Positions 21,122-30,976 of a DNA stretch of 64,000 nt are shown piece by piece (position 1 is the stretch's first letter; each line of letters opens with the position of its first letter). This DNA is from Candidatus Woesearchaeota archaeon. GTDB lineage: Archaea > Nanobdellota > Nanobdellia > Woesearchaeales > GW2011-AR9. Under the pieces are notes generated by a model that saw only the letters and a program-made list of their open reading frames with translations, was not told the DNA's origin and ran no database searches. The stretch covers positions 28,083 to 92,082 of the forward strand of contig JABIJM010000030.1 of NCBI GenBank assembly GCA_018655525.1. Reading direction: 5' to 3'. Both the position numbers and the translations under genes were made by a program.

Positions 21122-21154
21122 CCACACTCGACAAGTACGGACAAGGTATTTAAG
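21122..21154 (+). promoter_or_regulatory. Conserved motif CCACACTCGACAAGTAC + 8 nt + TATA (copy 1)
   Basis: Near-identical copies at 52891 and 63497(-) with the same spacing to TATA. Confidence 0.6.
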
Positions 21155-21222
21155 TAATCTTGATTTTTATTTTTAAGACACTCCAATCTTTTGTATTGCG
21201 AAAAGATGAGAGGTCAACGAAA

Positions 21223-21864
21223 ATGAAAAATAAAGAGACATTAGCTGAAATCATTGGAATAATGCTTGGAGATGGTTGTTTGTACAAAGGACACGGATCA
21301 TATCAAACAATAATTACTTCTGGAAAAAATGAAAGAGAGTGGATAATGTATGTTAAAAATTTATTTGAAAACTATTTTGAGAAAACATTTAAAATTGTTG
21401 AAATCAAGTATGGGATTCAAGCAAAATGTCATTCAAAGGAAATTTTAGAGAAATTTTTAGAGGTGGGATTATGTCATGGAAATAAAGTCCATAATAAAGT
21501 CACGATCCCACCCTGGTTATTTCTTAAGAGAAAGTATTTAATTAAAACTGTTCAAGGTTTATTTGATACAGACGGTTGTGTTTATAATAAATATGGGAAA
21601 TATGCTCAAATTGAATTTAAATTTGGTTGTGAAGAAACAACAATATCTGTTTGTAACGCCGTAAGTAATTTGGGTTTTAATACTACAAAAGTTCAAAAAC
21701 AATATAATAATGCAACAGGCAAATATAGGTGGAGATTCTACTTATGTAGACAAAAAGAGATTGATTTATTTTTTGATATAATTAAACCAAAAAATTCTAA
21801 ACATATTGAAAGATATAAAAAAATAAGAAGTGGGGATACTGGGACTTTCAAATGGAAACGTTAA
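21223..21864 (+). CDS. Free-standing two-motif LAGLIDADG (DOD) homing endonuclease
   Basis: LAEIIGIMLGDG and VQGLFDTDG motifs; no Hint domain; 3' end overlaps tRNA-Trp. Confidence 0.88.
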   Translation: MKNKETLAEIIGIMLGDGCLYKGHGSYQTIITSGKNEREWIMYVKNLFENYFEKTFKIVEIKYGIQAKCHSKEILEKFLEVGLCHGNKVHNKVTIPPWLFLKRKYLIKTVQGLFDTDGCVYNKYGKYAQIEFKFGCEETTISVCNAVSNLGFNTTKVQKQYNNATGKYRWRFYLCRQKEIDLFFDIIKPKNSKHIERYKKIRSGDTGTFKWKR

Positions 21865-21993
21865 AAGTTTTCAAACGTTAATATCCATATTTGAACCCAG
21901 ATCTAAAGCTTGCTTCAAGGGAAGTTTATCATCGCCGAAGCTCAACATTCCATTACTGGAGGCTCCTATTCTACCAAGTTATACTATATCCCC
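21831..21993 (-). tRNA. tRNA-Trp(CCA) with two introns: 37/38 (21911-21955) and T-loop ~59/60 (21845-21889)
   Basis: Acceptor GGGGATA/TATCCCC, loop CT-CCA-G, spliced T-arm CTGGG-TTCAAAT-CCCAG; BHB-like junctions. Confidence 0.85.
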
Positions 21994-22082
21994 ACTACAG
22001 GAACAAAAGACACGCTCTCTTTTATTAAAGTTTCTCTTAAATTAACAATAAACATAAAAACAACGCCCTTATCTCAAAGAAC

Positions 22083-23189
22083 ATGATAGAATTAGATGGC
22101 GCATATTTGGAAGGCGGCGGAGCCTTAGTGAGAGTGGCGTTAGCTCTTTCAACAATCACAGGCCAACCTTTCAAAGTTACAAACATCCGTGCAGGAAGAC
22201 CAAAACCAGGATTAAAAGCGCAACATCTTACATCAATCAACACGTTAAAAGAATTATGTGATGCAAAGACTTCTGAAGTAAAGCTAGGAACAACTGAATT
22301 CTGGTACCATCCTAAAACTATTAAAAAAGGTAAGTTTGAGGTAGACATTGGTACGGCAGGTTCAATTTCTCTTCTACTTCAAGCATTAATGCTCCCTTCA
22401 TTATTCGCACCTGGAAAAGTAACTCTTACAATTAAAGGAGGAACATGTGGGAAATGGCAAGCCTCTGTAGATTACTTACAAAACATTTTACTCCCATATT
22501 TAAACAGATTTGTAGATTCCATTGAGATGAAAATCTTGAAGCGAGGATATTATCCAAAAGGTGGTGGAGAAATTCTTTTAGAGATACGACCACGATTTCA
22601 CATCAAAGAATTTGAAAATTTTAATTTATTTATGGAAGAGCTCCAATTCAAAACTCCACCAGTTACATTAATTGAACAAGGAAAATTGGAACAAATACGA
22701 GGCGTCATTAATGTTTCTTTAGAATTACAAGAAAAAGAAGTAGGTGATCGTATTAAGAGAATGATGGAATCAGTATTGAAGACCTATGAAGTTCCAATAA
22801 ACATTAGGGATGAATACGTAAATGCACGAAGTATTGGCGGGGAAACAGTTGTGTGGGCATTATTTAGTAAAGAAGGACAGATGGATTATGACAATCCAAT
22901 TATCCTTGGTGCAAGTGCATTAATTGAACCAGGAAGATCCTCAGAGGAGATTGGAAAAGAAGCAGCGAATAAATTAAAAGAACATATTAATTCAGAAACC
23001 GCAGTTGAGGAACATCTTGCAGACCAACTAATTCAATTCATGGGGTTAAGATTAGATTCAAAAATTAAAGTTGAAGAGATTACAAATCATACGAAAACAA
23101 ATATTTATGTTGCAGAAAAATTCTTACCAATTGGATTTAAGGTTGAAAAGAATATGATTAGTGTAGAATCTTCCTCAGAATCTCATTAA
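22083..23189 (+). CDS. rtcA: RNA 3'-terminal phosphate cyclase
   Basis: LDGAYLEGGG, IRAGRPKPGLKAQH, GYYPKGGG, HLADQL motifs. Confidence 0.93.
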   Translation: MIELDGAYLEGGGALVRVALALSTITGQPFKVTNIRAGRPKPGLKAQHLTSINTLKELCDAKTSEVKLGTTEFWYHPKTIKKGKFEVDIGTAGSISLLLQALMLPSLFAPGKVTLTIKGGTCGKWQASVDYLQNILLPYLNRFVDSIEMKILKRGYYPKGGGEILLEIRPRFHIKEFENFNLFMEELQFKTPPVTLIEQGKLEQIRGVINVSLELQEKEVGDRIKRMMESVLKTYEVPINIRDEYVNARSIGGETVVWALFSKEGQMDYDNPIILGASALIEPGRSSEEIGKEAANKLKEHINSETAVEEHLADQLIQFMGLRLDSKIKVEEITNHTKTNIYVAEKFLPIGFKVEKNMISVESSSESH

Positions 23190-23982
23190 CTTCTTCAAAA
23201 CTTCCATCTTCTGTAATCACAACATCAAATTTCTCAGAATATGCACCTAACAACTCTTCTATTTTATCATTAAGAAAACCAATACGAATTACTTCGTCAT
23301 GATTCATTCCTTCTGTCATACCTAAATCTCCTAAACTATCTCCAAGTAAAATGACATTTGATTTTTTTGTTATTTCTTTTTGATATGGCGTAGAAGAAAT
23401 TTCATATTCATTCTTATTGAATGTATGTACATAATGTTCTGGAATTTCTTTAATTTTTCCATCTTCACTGAACGTAAAGAAATTCGCAACAAGATGAACA
23501 TTTGGTTTCATTAAATTCTCGGATTTTAAATATAATTCAATTAGATTACCAAAGCCAGCTGAGAAAATTAAAATTGGAACATCACCTAATAATGTGAAAA
23601 AATCTTCTGCACCAGAACGTAATTCTAATTTTCCTTTACTAATAACATCTTCCAACACACCCTGGTTCATTCCAGAATTCCACATTAATTCCCAATGTTC
23701 TTTCCACCATTGATCCATATATTTCTTCTTTTTATCTAAAGAAATTGTATTTGAAATTTCATAAGGATGATATTTATCAAAAAGAGCGTATGCTTGTTTT
23801 ACATAGTCAGGAGAAAGGTAATTTCCTTCACGAATTAAAGAATATGAAGAAAGAACTTTTTTTCCTTGAACAAACGCTTTTGTAAGAGTTTTATCAAAAT
23901 CAGAAACAACATGAAAATTATCTTTATTGAATTTTCCTAACTTTCGTTTTAGTTCTTCTGGATTTTGAATATATAGTGCCAT
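23158..23982 (-). CDS. HAD pyrimidine 5'-nucleotidase (cN-III/NT5C3-like)
   Basis: SDFDKTLT, FSAG, HTFNK, LLGDSLGD, IGFLN motifs. Confidence 0.8.
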   Translation of the reverse strand: MALYIQNPEELKRKLGKFNKDNFHVVSDFDKTLTKAFVQGKKVLSSYSLIREGNYLSPDYVKQAYALFDKYHPYEISNTISLDKKKKYMDQWWKEHWELMWNSGMNQGVLEDVISKGKLELRSGAEDFFTLLGDVPILIFSAGFGNLIELYLKSENLMKPNVHLVANFFTFSEDGKIKEIPEHYVHTFNKNEYEISSTPYQKEITKKSNVILLGDSLGDLGMTEGMNHDEVIRIGFLNDKIEELLGAYSEKFDVVITEDGSFEEVNEILRKILH

Positions 23983-24014
23983 AACTTAATGGAGAAGTCA
24001 TTTCTTTATAAAAT

Positions 24015-24940
24015 CTAAGGAGCTGTACTTCCTGGGATAAGATAATTCATGGGACAACAATTATTCCTCCCCATTTTCTTAACATCATATAGACCTTTAT
24101 CCGCAGAAACAATCATTCTATTTGCCATTTCTTCACGCTCAGTAGAAGAACCCAAATCAATTTTGGGTGTAAGTTTCCCATAAGAATCAACATCTAACGT
24201 TGAAATTCCTGCACTAAAGGTTATTCCTCTCGTAACACCTTCTTTTGGATTAAAAACAACTTTCTTAAAAGCCCAATGTAATCGCTGAAATGTTGCCAAT
24301 GCATTTTCAAAGTTAGTTTCAGGCATAATAATCCCAAACTCTTCTCCCCCATATCGTGCAAAAAGGTCTGTAGCCCTAAGGTGTTTTGAATAGAAATCCG
24401 CTGCCTTTTTAATAACATAATCACCTTCCAAATGACCAAAATTATCATTGTAAGCTTTAAAATTATCAATATCCATCATTGCCAAAGATAAAGGATGTTT
24501 TGATCTATCAAATAACGCAATGTGATATTGTAATTGATCAATAAATGTTCCTTTATTTGCAACTCTCGTCATAGAATCTGTAATTGCCATAGATCTAAAC
24601 TCACTATTAATTAATGCCATTTCAACTCTTGCCAACAAAGAGTCCATATTTAGAGGTTTCTCATTAAATCTAGTCCATCACGAGGAGTTTTACCAAGATT
24701 TAAATCCATTAAAATGAGATGAGGCTCTGTTTTTTCTAAAAGTTGTTCTAATTCGGGAGCAGAAGAAGCAGTGTATAAACGTTCATATCCTGCACTTTTT
24801 AAAACCAATTCTGTAGTTCTTTGAACAGAAGGTTCGTCATCTACAATAATAATACTATAAAATGGTTTATCTTCAGGAGGAATTCTTTTTGGTCTTACCG
24901 TTGATTTTCCATTATTGTGAATGATATCCATAGCTGCCAT
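24015..24940 (-). pseudogene. Split REC-GGDEF diguanylate cyclase (REC fragment 24650-24940; GGDEF ORF 24015-24647)
   Basis: IVDDEP...ILMDLNL REC start; out-of-frame KPLNMDSLLARV REC end; DIDNFK, RATD I-site, YGGEEF. Confidence 0.75.
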
Positions 24941-25067
24941 ATAATATTTTGAGAGGTGACCCTATAAAAAGATTATTGTGAAAAAGTGGATATAACACCT
25001 CCAAAGAATAGTGTCCTGAACTATCCTTGCGGAAAACTTTATAAACAGACCTAATCTCAAATGCAAA

Positions 25068-25235
25068 ATGGAAGAAAAAAAATGTTCATCTTGTAAAAGA
25101 AAAGTTGTCAATGACAAAGGTAGCGTAACATTCAAATGTCCGCAATGTAATGATGTAGAAGTCGTACGTTGTACTGAATGTAGAGCAAACGCAGTGAAAT
25201 ACAATTGTGGTTGTGGCTTTATTGGACCAAATTAA
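25068..25235 (+). CDS. Zn-ribbon protein (DUF1610/HVO_2753-like)
   Basis: Manual translation MEEKKCSSC...FKCPQC...RCTEC...CGCGFIGPN; conserved position upstream of EF-1beta. Confidence 0.85.
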   Translation: MEEKKCSSCKRKVVNDKGSVTFKCPQCNDVEVVRCTECRANAVKYNCGCGFIGPN

Positions 25236-25247
25236 GAGGATAATAAA

Positions 25248-25526
25248 ATGGGAAAAGCAGTAGTTACATTTAAAATAATGCCAGAAGGTGTAGAAGTAGA
25301 CTTAGGGCCAATTAAAGAAAAAGCAGAAAAAATTGCACGTGATGCAGGCGCAATTGGTCAGATGCAAGTAAAAGAAGATCCAATCGCATTTGGATTAAAA
25401 GCAGTTCTTGTTCTTGGCATGTATGAAGTAGAAGGTTCAGATTTTGAAAAAGTTGCAGAAGAAATGCAAAAAATTGAACACGTACAATCCGCAGAAATTG
25501 CAAAAATGGATCTTGCTTTAGGTTAG
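25248..25526 (+). CDS. ef1b: Translation elongation factor aEF-1beta
   Basis: KIMPEGVEVDL, PIAFGLKA motifs. Confidence 0.92.
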   Translation: MGKAVVTFKIMPEGVEVDLGPIKEKAEKIARDAGAIGQMQVKEDPIAFGLKAVLVLGMYEVEGSDFEKVAEEMQKIEHVQSAEIAKMDLALG

Positions 25527-25593
25527 ATCTTTAGTTAATTTTTTATACTTCTTTTTATTATTACTTCTTATTCATAGTTTATGAATAAAAGAG

Positions 25594-25848
25594 GTGATTA
25601 ATTTGGCAAAACGTAAAGCTAAAAAAAGTGTAGTGAAAACTGCAAGTAAAAAATGTTCTTGGGGAAATTGTTCTGGATCTGATTGGTTTGGAACATTAAT
25701 CGCTGAAGCAGCAATCTATGGTTTCTTCTATTGTGGATTAAAATTCTTAGAATCTACAGGAAACTTATGGTGGAATGCATTAGTACTATTCGTGTTAGTA
25801 AATGTCGCATGGTTTGCATGCCCAGTTGTAAAAAAACATTTCTATTAA
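25594..25848 (+). CDS. small membrane protein
   Basis: Basic N-terminus, two TM segments, upstream GAGGTGA. Confidence 0.55.
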   Translation: MINLAKRKAKKSVVKTASKKCSWGNCSGSDWFGTLIAEAAIYGFFYCGLKFLESTGNLWWNALVLFVLVNVAWFACPVVKKHFY

Positions 25849-25853
25849 TTTTT

Positions 25854-26219
25854 TTATTTATTTTTTATTGTATCTTTTTTAAATTCTAAAGCACCAGAAT
25901 TAACACAATACCTTTTCCCAGAGGGTTTAGGACCATCATCAAACAAATGTCCAAGATGTCCACCACATTTTTTACACACAACTTCTATTCGTTCCATTCC
26001 TAAACTAGTATCTTCATTCAACCCAACATTCTTTGCATCATGGAAACTTGGCCATCCACTTCCAGAATCAAATTTTGTATCTGAAGAAAACAATTCTGTG
26101 CCACATTGTGCACATTGATAGATGCCTTTTTCTTTATTGTGAAGAAGTTTTCCTGTTCCAGGAGCTTCCGTTCCTTTGTCAATCAGAATATGTTTTTGTT
26201 CAGTGGTTAATTTCTTCAT
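25854..26219 (-). CDS. msrB: Peptide methionine-R-sulfoxide reductase
   Basis: [27 protein letters not shown]. Confidence 0.95.
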   Translation of the reverse strand: MKKLTTEQKHILIDKGTEAPGTGKLLHNKEKGIYQCAQCGTELFSSDTKFDSGSGWPSFHDAKNVGLNEDTSLGMERIEVVCKKCGGHLGHLFDDGPKPSGKRYCVNSGALEFKKDTIKNK

Positions 26220-27271
26220 GATTTAAGTAAACCAATAACTTCCTTTAAACTTTTCCCTGTTTTCACACCAGTCAAACTAAAATGTGTACGTGTTCCTTTC
26301 AGTTTCTTCAAAGTTTCCTGCATATTAGGTGTTTGTAATTTGTACTTGCTTCCAACCACATTTAAATCATAGAACCCAAAAATATCTTTTTCATCCCTTA
26401 TTGTTTCAAGAAATTTTTGTTCTTCAGGAAATGAAACCTTACACATCTTATCAACCAATTTCTTATCTTTCAGTTTTCCAATCCACAATGGTCCAATATA
26501 ATCAAAACCTTTCTCTAAATTAAACCGAGAAGTTTTGAATTCAAGTGTTTTTGGATTGTACAAAAGATAGTGATGTTGTTTTAGAAGAGCATCACATTTT
26601 TCTTTACCCTTCTCTGAAATAAAATACACACGGAAATAATGGTCTTTGTGATAACTGAGGATTGGGATTAACGCTTTATCAAACTGAATACCTTGCAGTT
26701 GCACTTTTCTAATTAAAATTCTAAGACCAATTTCATGCATCATATAATTTTTAATATTCCGGCCCCAATACTTTCTCTGCGTTACTTTAGGATATGTTCC
26801 TGTTAATGCAGCTGTGTCTGTAGAGGTGATTGCAAGAATACCACCTTTAGAAATTGCCTGTACTGCTGAAGGTAAAAATGGATTTGGGCTCCCAAATGGG
26901 TCCACATCAATATAATCCAATTTCTTTTGTTTAAATAAGAATTGTGAAGCATCCTCATTAAAGATTTTGATTTTTGTAAATTTAAGATTATTTGATTTTA
27001 GTGCATTATTAAATTTTTTCTTAAAATTCTCCTTAAAATCATTCACAAACAATTTTTCAATATTCTTAACTTCCTTCAAAAAACGTAACGCACGAATTCC
27101 AGACCCCGCTAATGGTAACGCAAGGTTCAACTTCTTCTTCCCAAGTGCATTAAGTAATGTGATTGAAATGTTTCTATTAGAAACCATGAGAGGATTGTAA
27201 AATACATCCATTTCTCTAGAAACCTTTTTAGGAAGCTTTACATTCAGTGTAATGTCGTGTTCTGTGATCAT
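26216..27271 (-). CDS. trm1: tRNA (guanine26-N2)-dimethyltransferase
   Basis: [22 protein letters not shown] motifs. Confidence 0.92.
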   Translation of the reverse strand: MITEHDITLNVKLPKKVSREMDVFYNPLMVSNRNISITLLNALGKKKLNLALPLAGSGIRALRFLKEVKNIEKLFVNDFKENFKKKFNNALKSNNLKFTKIKIFNEDASQFLFKQKKLDYIDVDPFGSPNPFLPSAVQAISKGGILAITSTDTAALTGTYPKVTQRKYWGRNIKNYMMHEIGLRILIRKVQLQGIQFDKALIPILSYHKDHYFRVYFISEKGKEKCDALLKQHHYLLYNPKTLEFKTSRFNLEKGFDYIGPLWIGKLKDKKLVDKMCKVSFPEEQKFLETIRDEKDIFGFYDLNVVGSKYKLQTPNMQETLKKLKGTRTHFSLTGVKTGKSLKEVIGLLKS

Positions 27272-27303
27272 AATAAGAATAAAATAAAAGAAGTAATTAA
27301 GGT

Positions 27304-28197
27304 TTATGGTTTGACAATTATTTCAGTCTTTTCAGTTTCATACTTATTAAAGCCAGTAGAATCACTTTGGAAATTAACACCCATATTATTTTGCCAATCA
27401 TTAGATGGAAAATAAACTTCAACAGAAGCGCCTAAACCCCTACAAGCAGCTCCTTCCATCGTAGTTCCAAAATTTCTGACTAAATTAACAATATCAAGAT
27501 CTGCTGCAATAATCGCGACTTTGCTTGGTTGTTTCTTTAATGCAGATTGGTATGAAAAATCTATAGCTCGGCCAACTAATTCAGCATCAGCAAATGAAGG
27601 ACGTGCTGTGACTGCGGTCATCCTTTTCTGAAACTTCCCTTCATAAGGTCTATGGAGTGTAGATTCACGTAAAAATTTTGGAAAATCAATTTTTTCAAGT
27701 GGTGTGTAAGGAGTTAAACGTTGTCTTAACAATTGATAAATTGATTGATGAAATTCAATTATTTCCTCAAGAAGCACAAATTCATCATAAGAGGAATGAG
27801 GATGAGATTTGGGATTATGTGTTGCGTCCTGAAGAAGATAAATATATTGATCATATTCCGAAATAATCTTAGGAGAAGTGACAATATTCTCATAGACCTC
27901 AATTGTTTCTAAGAATGATTTTGTATGGTCATGCTGTTGTTGAAGACGAGACCCATCAGGAAATCCCCACCCGTTACTTGATCCCCATCTGTTGCTAGTC
28001 CCAAAGTCGTCAGGAGATTTCTGTTCCATACCATGACGAAGATAATCCAAATATGATTGCATAGGAGCACCATAATCCCTACTTAAAACACTATTATCCA
28101 AATAAATCCTAGACATATCCTTAGCAAGAACATCTAAAGTTGTTTGAGGAAGATCTTCTTGAACAACTTCCCGAGTTTGAATCTTAACATGAACCAT
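27304..28197 (-). CDS. hypothetical protein with PIN-like acidic motifs
   Basis: IYLDNSVL, ISEY, SFADAEL, AADLD pattern. Confidence 0.5.
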   Translation of the reverse strand: MVHVKIQTREVVQEDLPQTTLDVLAKDMSRIYLDNSVLSRDYGAPMQSYLDYLRHGMEQKSPDDFGTSNRWGSSNGWGFPDGSRLQQQHDHTKSFLETIEVYENIVTSPKIISEYDQYIYLLQDATHNPKSHPHSSYDEFVLLEEIIEFHQSIYQLLRQRLTPYTPLEKIDFPKFLRESTLHRPYEGKFQKRMTAVTARPSFADAELVGRAIDFSYQSALKKQPSKVAIIAADLDIVNLVRNFGTTMEGAACRGLGASVEVYFPSNDWQNNMGVNFQSDSTGFNKYETEKTEIIVKP

Positions 28198-28263
28198 ATT
28201 TTATTGATAAAGGGAGTTATTTATATTGGTATTGGTATAAAATAACTATTCTTTGATACATAT

Positions 28264-28710
28264 TCAATCTACAATAAAATGATTATTTTCCTCGTTGCTT
28301 TCTGGAACGTGATTTAATCCATCAACAAGTATACTCAAATCCTGACAATTTTTGTTTGAAACATTACTATTTTCCAAAACAACATAAATAGATTCTCTCC
28401 CATAAGAACCAAAAGGTGATGCAATATTGTGTGTATGGACAGAATTAAATTTCTTTCCACCATTGCCAAAATGGTGAATGGTTTGTACATCAAAAGGGAC
28501 ATATATTGCATTTGGCGAATTGTTTACAACATCAAAATGAAAATGGTATTTGGTAGTTTGATTTCCATCCTCTCTCTCAAAATGAACCAGTTCTATTCCT
28601 AAATCAGGAAGACCAACAGAACTTTGAGGTTCAGACTCACAAGCATAAAGCGAACATGCAAGGGCAATCCCTGTAATTACCTTTCTTAATATCACGAGTG
28701 ATATGCACAA
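28264..28710 (-). CDS. CARDB-domain putative lipoprotein
   Basis: LYAC lipobox-like sequence, LPDL...VPESNEENN CARDB signature. Confidence 0.6.
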   Translation of the reverse strand: MCISLVILRKVITGIALACSLYACESEPQSSVGLPDLGIELVHFEREDGNQTTKYHFHFDVVNNSPNAIYVPFDVQTIHHFGNGGKKFNSVHTHNIASPFGSYGRESIYVVLENSNVSNKNCQDLSILVDGLNHVPESNEENNHFIVD

Positions 28711-28782
28711 TAAACCCTACTTAAAGATTTCTTTAGAAGAGAATACAGATAAACTTAAAAAGAACCTTAAAAAATATTATTT

Positions 28783-30570
28783 ATGGCAATCAGAAAGGTA
28801 TTGGTAACAGTTGTTGGACATGTAGATCACGGTAAGACTTCTTTATTAGATAATATTAGAAGAACTGCGGTTACAAATAGTGAAGCTGGTGCAATCACAC
28901 AAGCAATTGGAGTATCTATTATTCCGATTGAAACGATTAAAAAAATATGTGGACCACTTCTTAACTCAATGAAAGAAAATTTGACTGTACCTGGCTTATT
29001 AACTATTGACACACCTGGACACGCTGCATTTACTTCCCTAAGAAAGAGAGGAGGATCTCTTGCAGATATTGCAATTCTTGTGGTAGATATTAATGAAGGA
29101 TTCAAACCACAAACAATTGAATCTATTGAAATTCTCAAAGCAAATAAAGTTCCGTTCATTGTTGCTGTAAATAAAATTGATTTATCACATGGGTGGCACT
29201 ATGATAAAAGTAAAAACATTCTTGCAAACATTTCTTCGTTAGGAAACCTAGAACAAGAAGCATTTGAAAAGAAAATGTACGAAGTTGTTGGTCAATTTCA
29301 TGAACACGGATTACAAGCAGAACGATTTGATAGAGTGGAAGATTATACAAAACAAGTAGCACTCGTTCCTATTTCTGCAAAAACGGGTCAAGGAATTCCT
29401 GAACTTTTAATGGTACTTACAGGATTAGCTCAAAAATATTTTGAAAAGAAACTAGAAATTGAAGAAACAGGAAATGCGAAAGGAACTATTCTTGAAGTAA
29501 AAGAAGAAAAAGGGTTAGGAGTAACATTAGATACAATTCTCTACAATGGATCATTAAAAGTTAATGATACCCTTGTAATTGGAAATCTTGGAGAACCTAT
29601 TGTAACAAAAGTACGCGCATTATTAGAACCTGCAGAATTGGCTGAAATGAGAGAAAAGAAAAGTCAATTCAAGAATGTGAAAGAAGTTACAGCTGCAACA
29701 GGTGTAAAAATTGCAGCACCTAATTTAGATGGCGCAATCTCTGGTATGCCAATTAGAAGTTGTTCAGGCGATAAAGAAGAAATTAAAAAATTAATTGAAG
29801 AAGTAAAAGAAGAAGTCGGTGAAGTTCTATCAGAAACAAATGAAGATCAAGGTGTAATGATTAAAGCTGATACAATTGGTGGATTAGAAGCATTACGAAA
29901 CTTATTATCAGAAAAAGAGGTTCCGATTGCATCTGCATCACTTGGAAATGTAACTAAAAAAGATCTTTCAAGATTAGAATCTTTAAAAGATAAAGATGAA
30001 TTCACAGGAGTGTTACTTGGATTTAATATTAATATTCCTTCAGATATTACGGAAATAATCAAATTAAAAGGATTAAAGGTAATTACACATCCGGTAATCT
30101 ATAAAACAATTGAAGATTATGAGGAATACGTTGAAAACTTAAAGAAAACAATTCAAATGAAAGAACTAAGTAAAGTTGTGAGGCCTTGTAAATTTGCAGT
30201 GTTAAAAGGATATACGTTTCGTCAATCAAATCCTGCAATTGTTGGAGTAGAGATTGAAATTGGAAAAATCAAAACAGGCGATGGAATCATGAACCTTTCT
30301 GGAACACGTGTTGGTACAGTTAAAAGTTTAAAGGAAGGTCAAGAAAATGTATCTTTAGCTGAACAAGGAAAACAACTTGCAATGGCAATGGAAGGAGTTA
30401 CAGTTGGAAGACAAGTTGATGAGGGAGATTTTCTTTATGCAGACATCCCTGAAGAAGACTTTGTAAAATTAAAAGAAATGAAGAAACATCTTTCAAAGAT
30501 GGAAATTGAAGTTCTTAAACAAATTGCAGAAATAAAACGAAGAGATAACCCAGTTTGGGGTGTTGGTTAA
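28783..30570 (+). CDS. infB: Translation initiation factor aIF5B (IF-2)
   Basis: GHVDHGKT, DTPGH, NKID GTPase motifs. Confidence 0.96.
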   Translation: MAIRKVLVTVVGHVDHGKTSLLDNIRRTAVTNSEAGAITQAIGVSIIPIETIKKICGPLLNSMKENLTVPGLLTIDTPGHAAFTSLRKRGGSLADIAILVVDINEGFKPQTIESIEILKANKVPFIVAVNKIDLSHGWHYDKSKNILANISSLGNLEQEAFEKKMYEVVGQFHEHGLQAERFDRVEDYTKQVALVPISAKTGQGIPELLMVLTGLAQKYFEKKLEIEETGNAKGTILEVKEEKGLGVTLDTILYNGSLKVNDTLVIGNLGEPIVTKVRALLEPAELAEMREKKSQFKNVKEVTAATGVKIAAPNLDGAISGMPIRSCSGDKEEIKKLIEEVKEEVGEVLSETNEDQGVMIKADTIGGLEALRNLLSEKEVPIASASLGNVTKKDLSRLESLKDKDEFTGVLLGFNINIPSDITEIIKLKGLKVITHPVIYKTIEDYEEYVENLKKTIQMKELSKVVRPCKFAVLKGYTFRQSNPAIVGVEIEIGKIKTGDGIMNLSGTRVGTVKSLKEGQENVSLAEQGKQLAMAMEGVTVGRQVDEGDFLYADIPEEDFVKLKEMKKHLSKMEIEVLKQIAEIKRRDNPVWGVG

Positions 30571-30917
30571 TCATTTTTAAGAGCAATATAATCTAAATGA
30601 GAATATGCATCTTTTCCTTCTCGTATTACATGAACACTATATTCTCTTTCATCTGGTTCATGTATCTGAATAATATTAACCCATCCATTAAAAAAAATAT
30701 AATTAATTGGTGAATTATCCTTATTAGTAATACTAAAATTTAAGGGATGGTTGCTTTTAGAAGTAATAACATATTTGAAAAGAGTTCTTTTATTCTGATC
30801 CCAATCAGGATTTCGTGCAACTCTTAAAGAATTATGTTTAGCTCCGTTATCAAGGAAAATTCCGCATCTTTCAAGATGATTAAGAAGATCCGTTAATTCA
30901 CCCTCTTTTTGTACCAT
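30567..30917 (-). CDS. hypothetical protein
   Basis: ORF convergent with infB. Confidence 0.5.
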   Translation of the reverse strand: MVQKEGELTDLLNHLERCGIFLDNGAKHNSLRVARNPDWDQNKRTLFKYVITSKSNHPLNFSITNKDNSPINYIFFNGWVNIIQIHEPDEREYSVHVIREGKDAYSHLDYIALKND

Positions 30918-30976
30918 ACATTTATTAAAAATAAAAGAAATCATTAAAAAACTTTGCATAGAATGAAATACAAAAA

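Noticed and set aside
21911..21955. Box C/D guide RNA in the tRNA-Trp intron, as in Euryarchaeota
   Set aside because: Only degenerate ATGTTGA/GATGATA/TTGA boxes in 45 nt; guide regions too short to support the call
24962..25204. Minus-strand 80-aa ORF and the many other short antisense ORFs inside core genes
   Set aside because: Shadow frames of well-supported genes on the opposite strand
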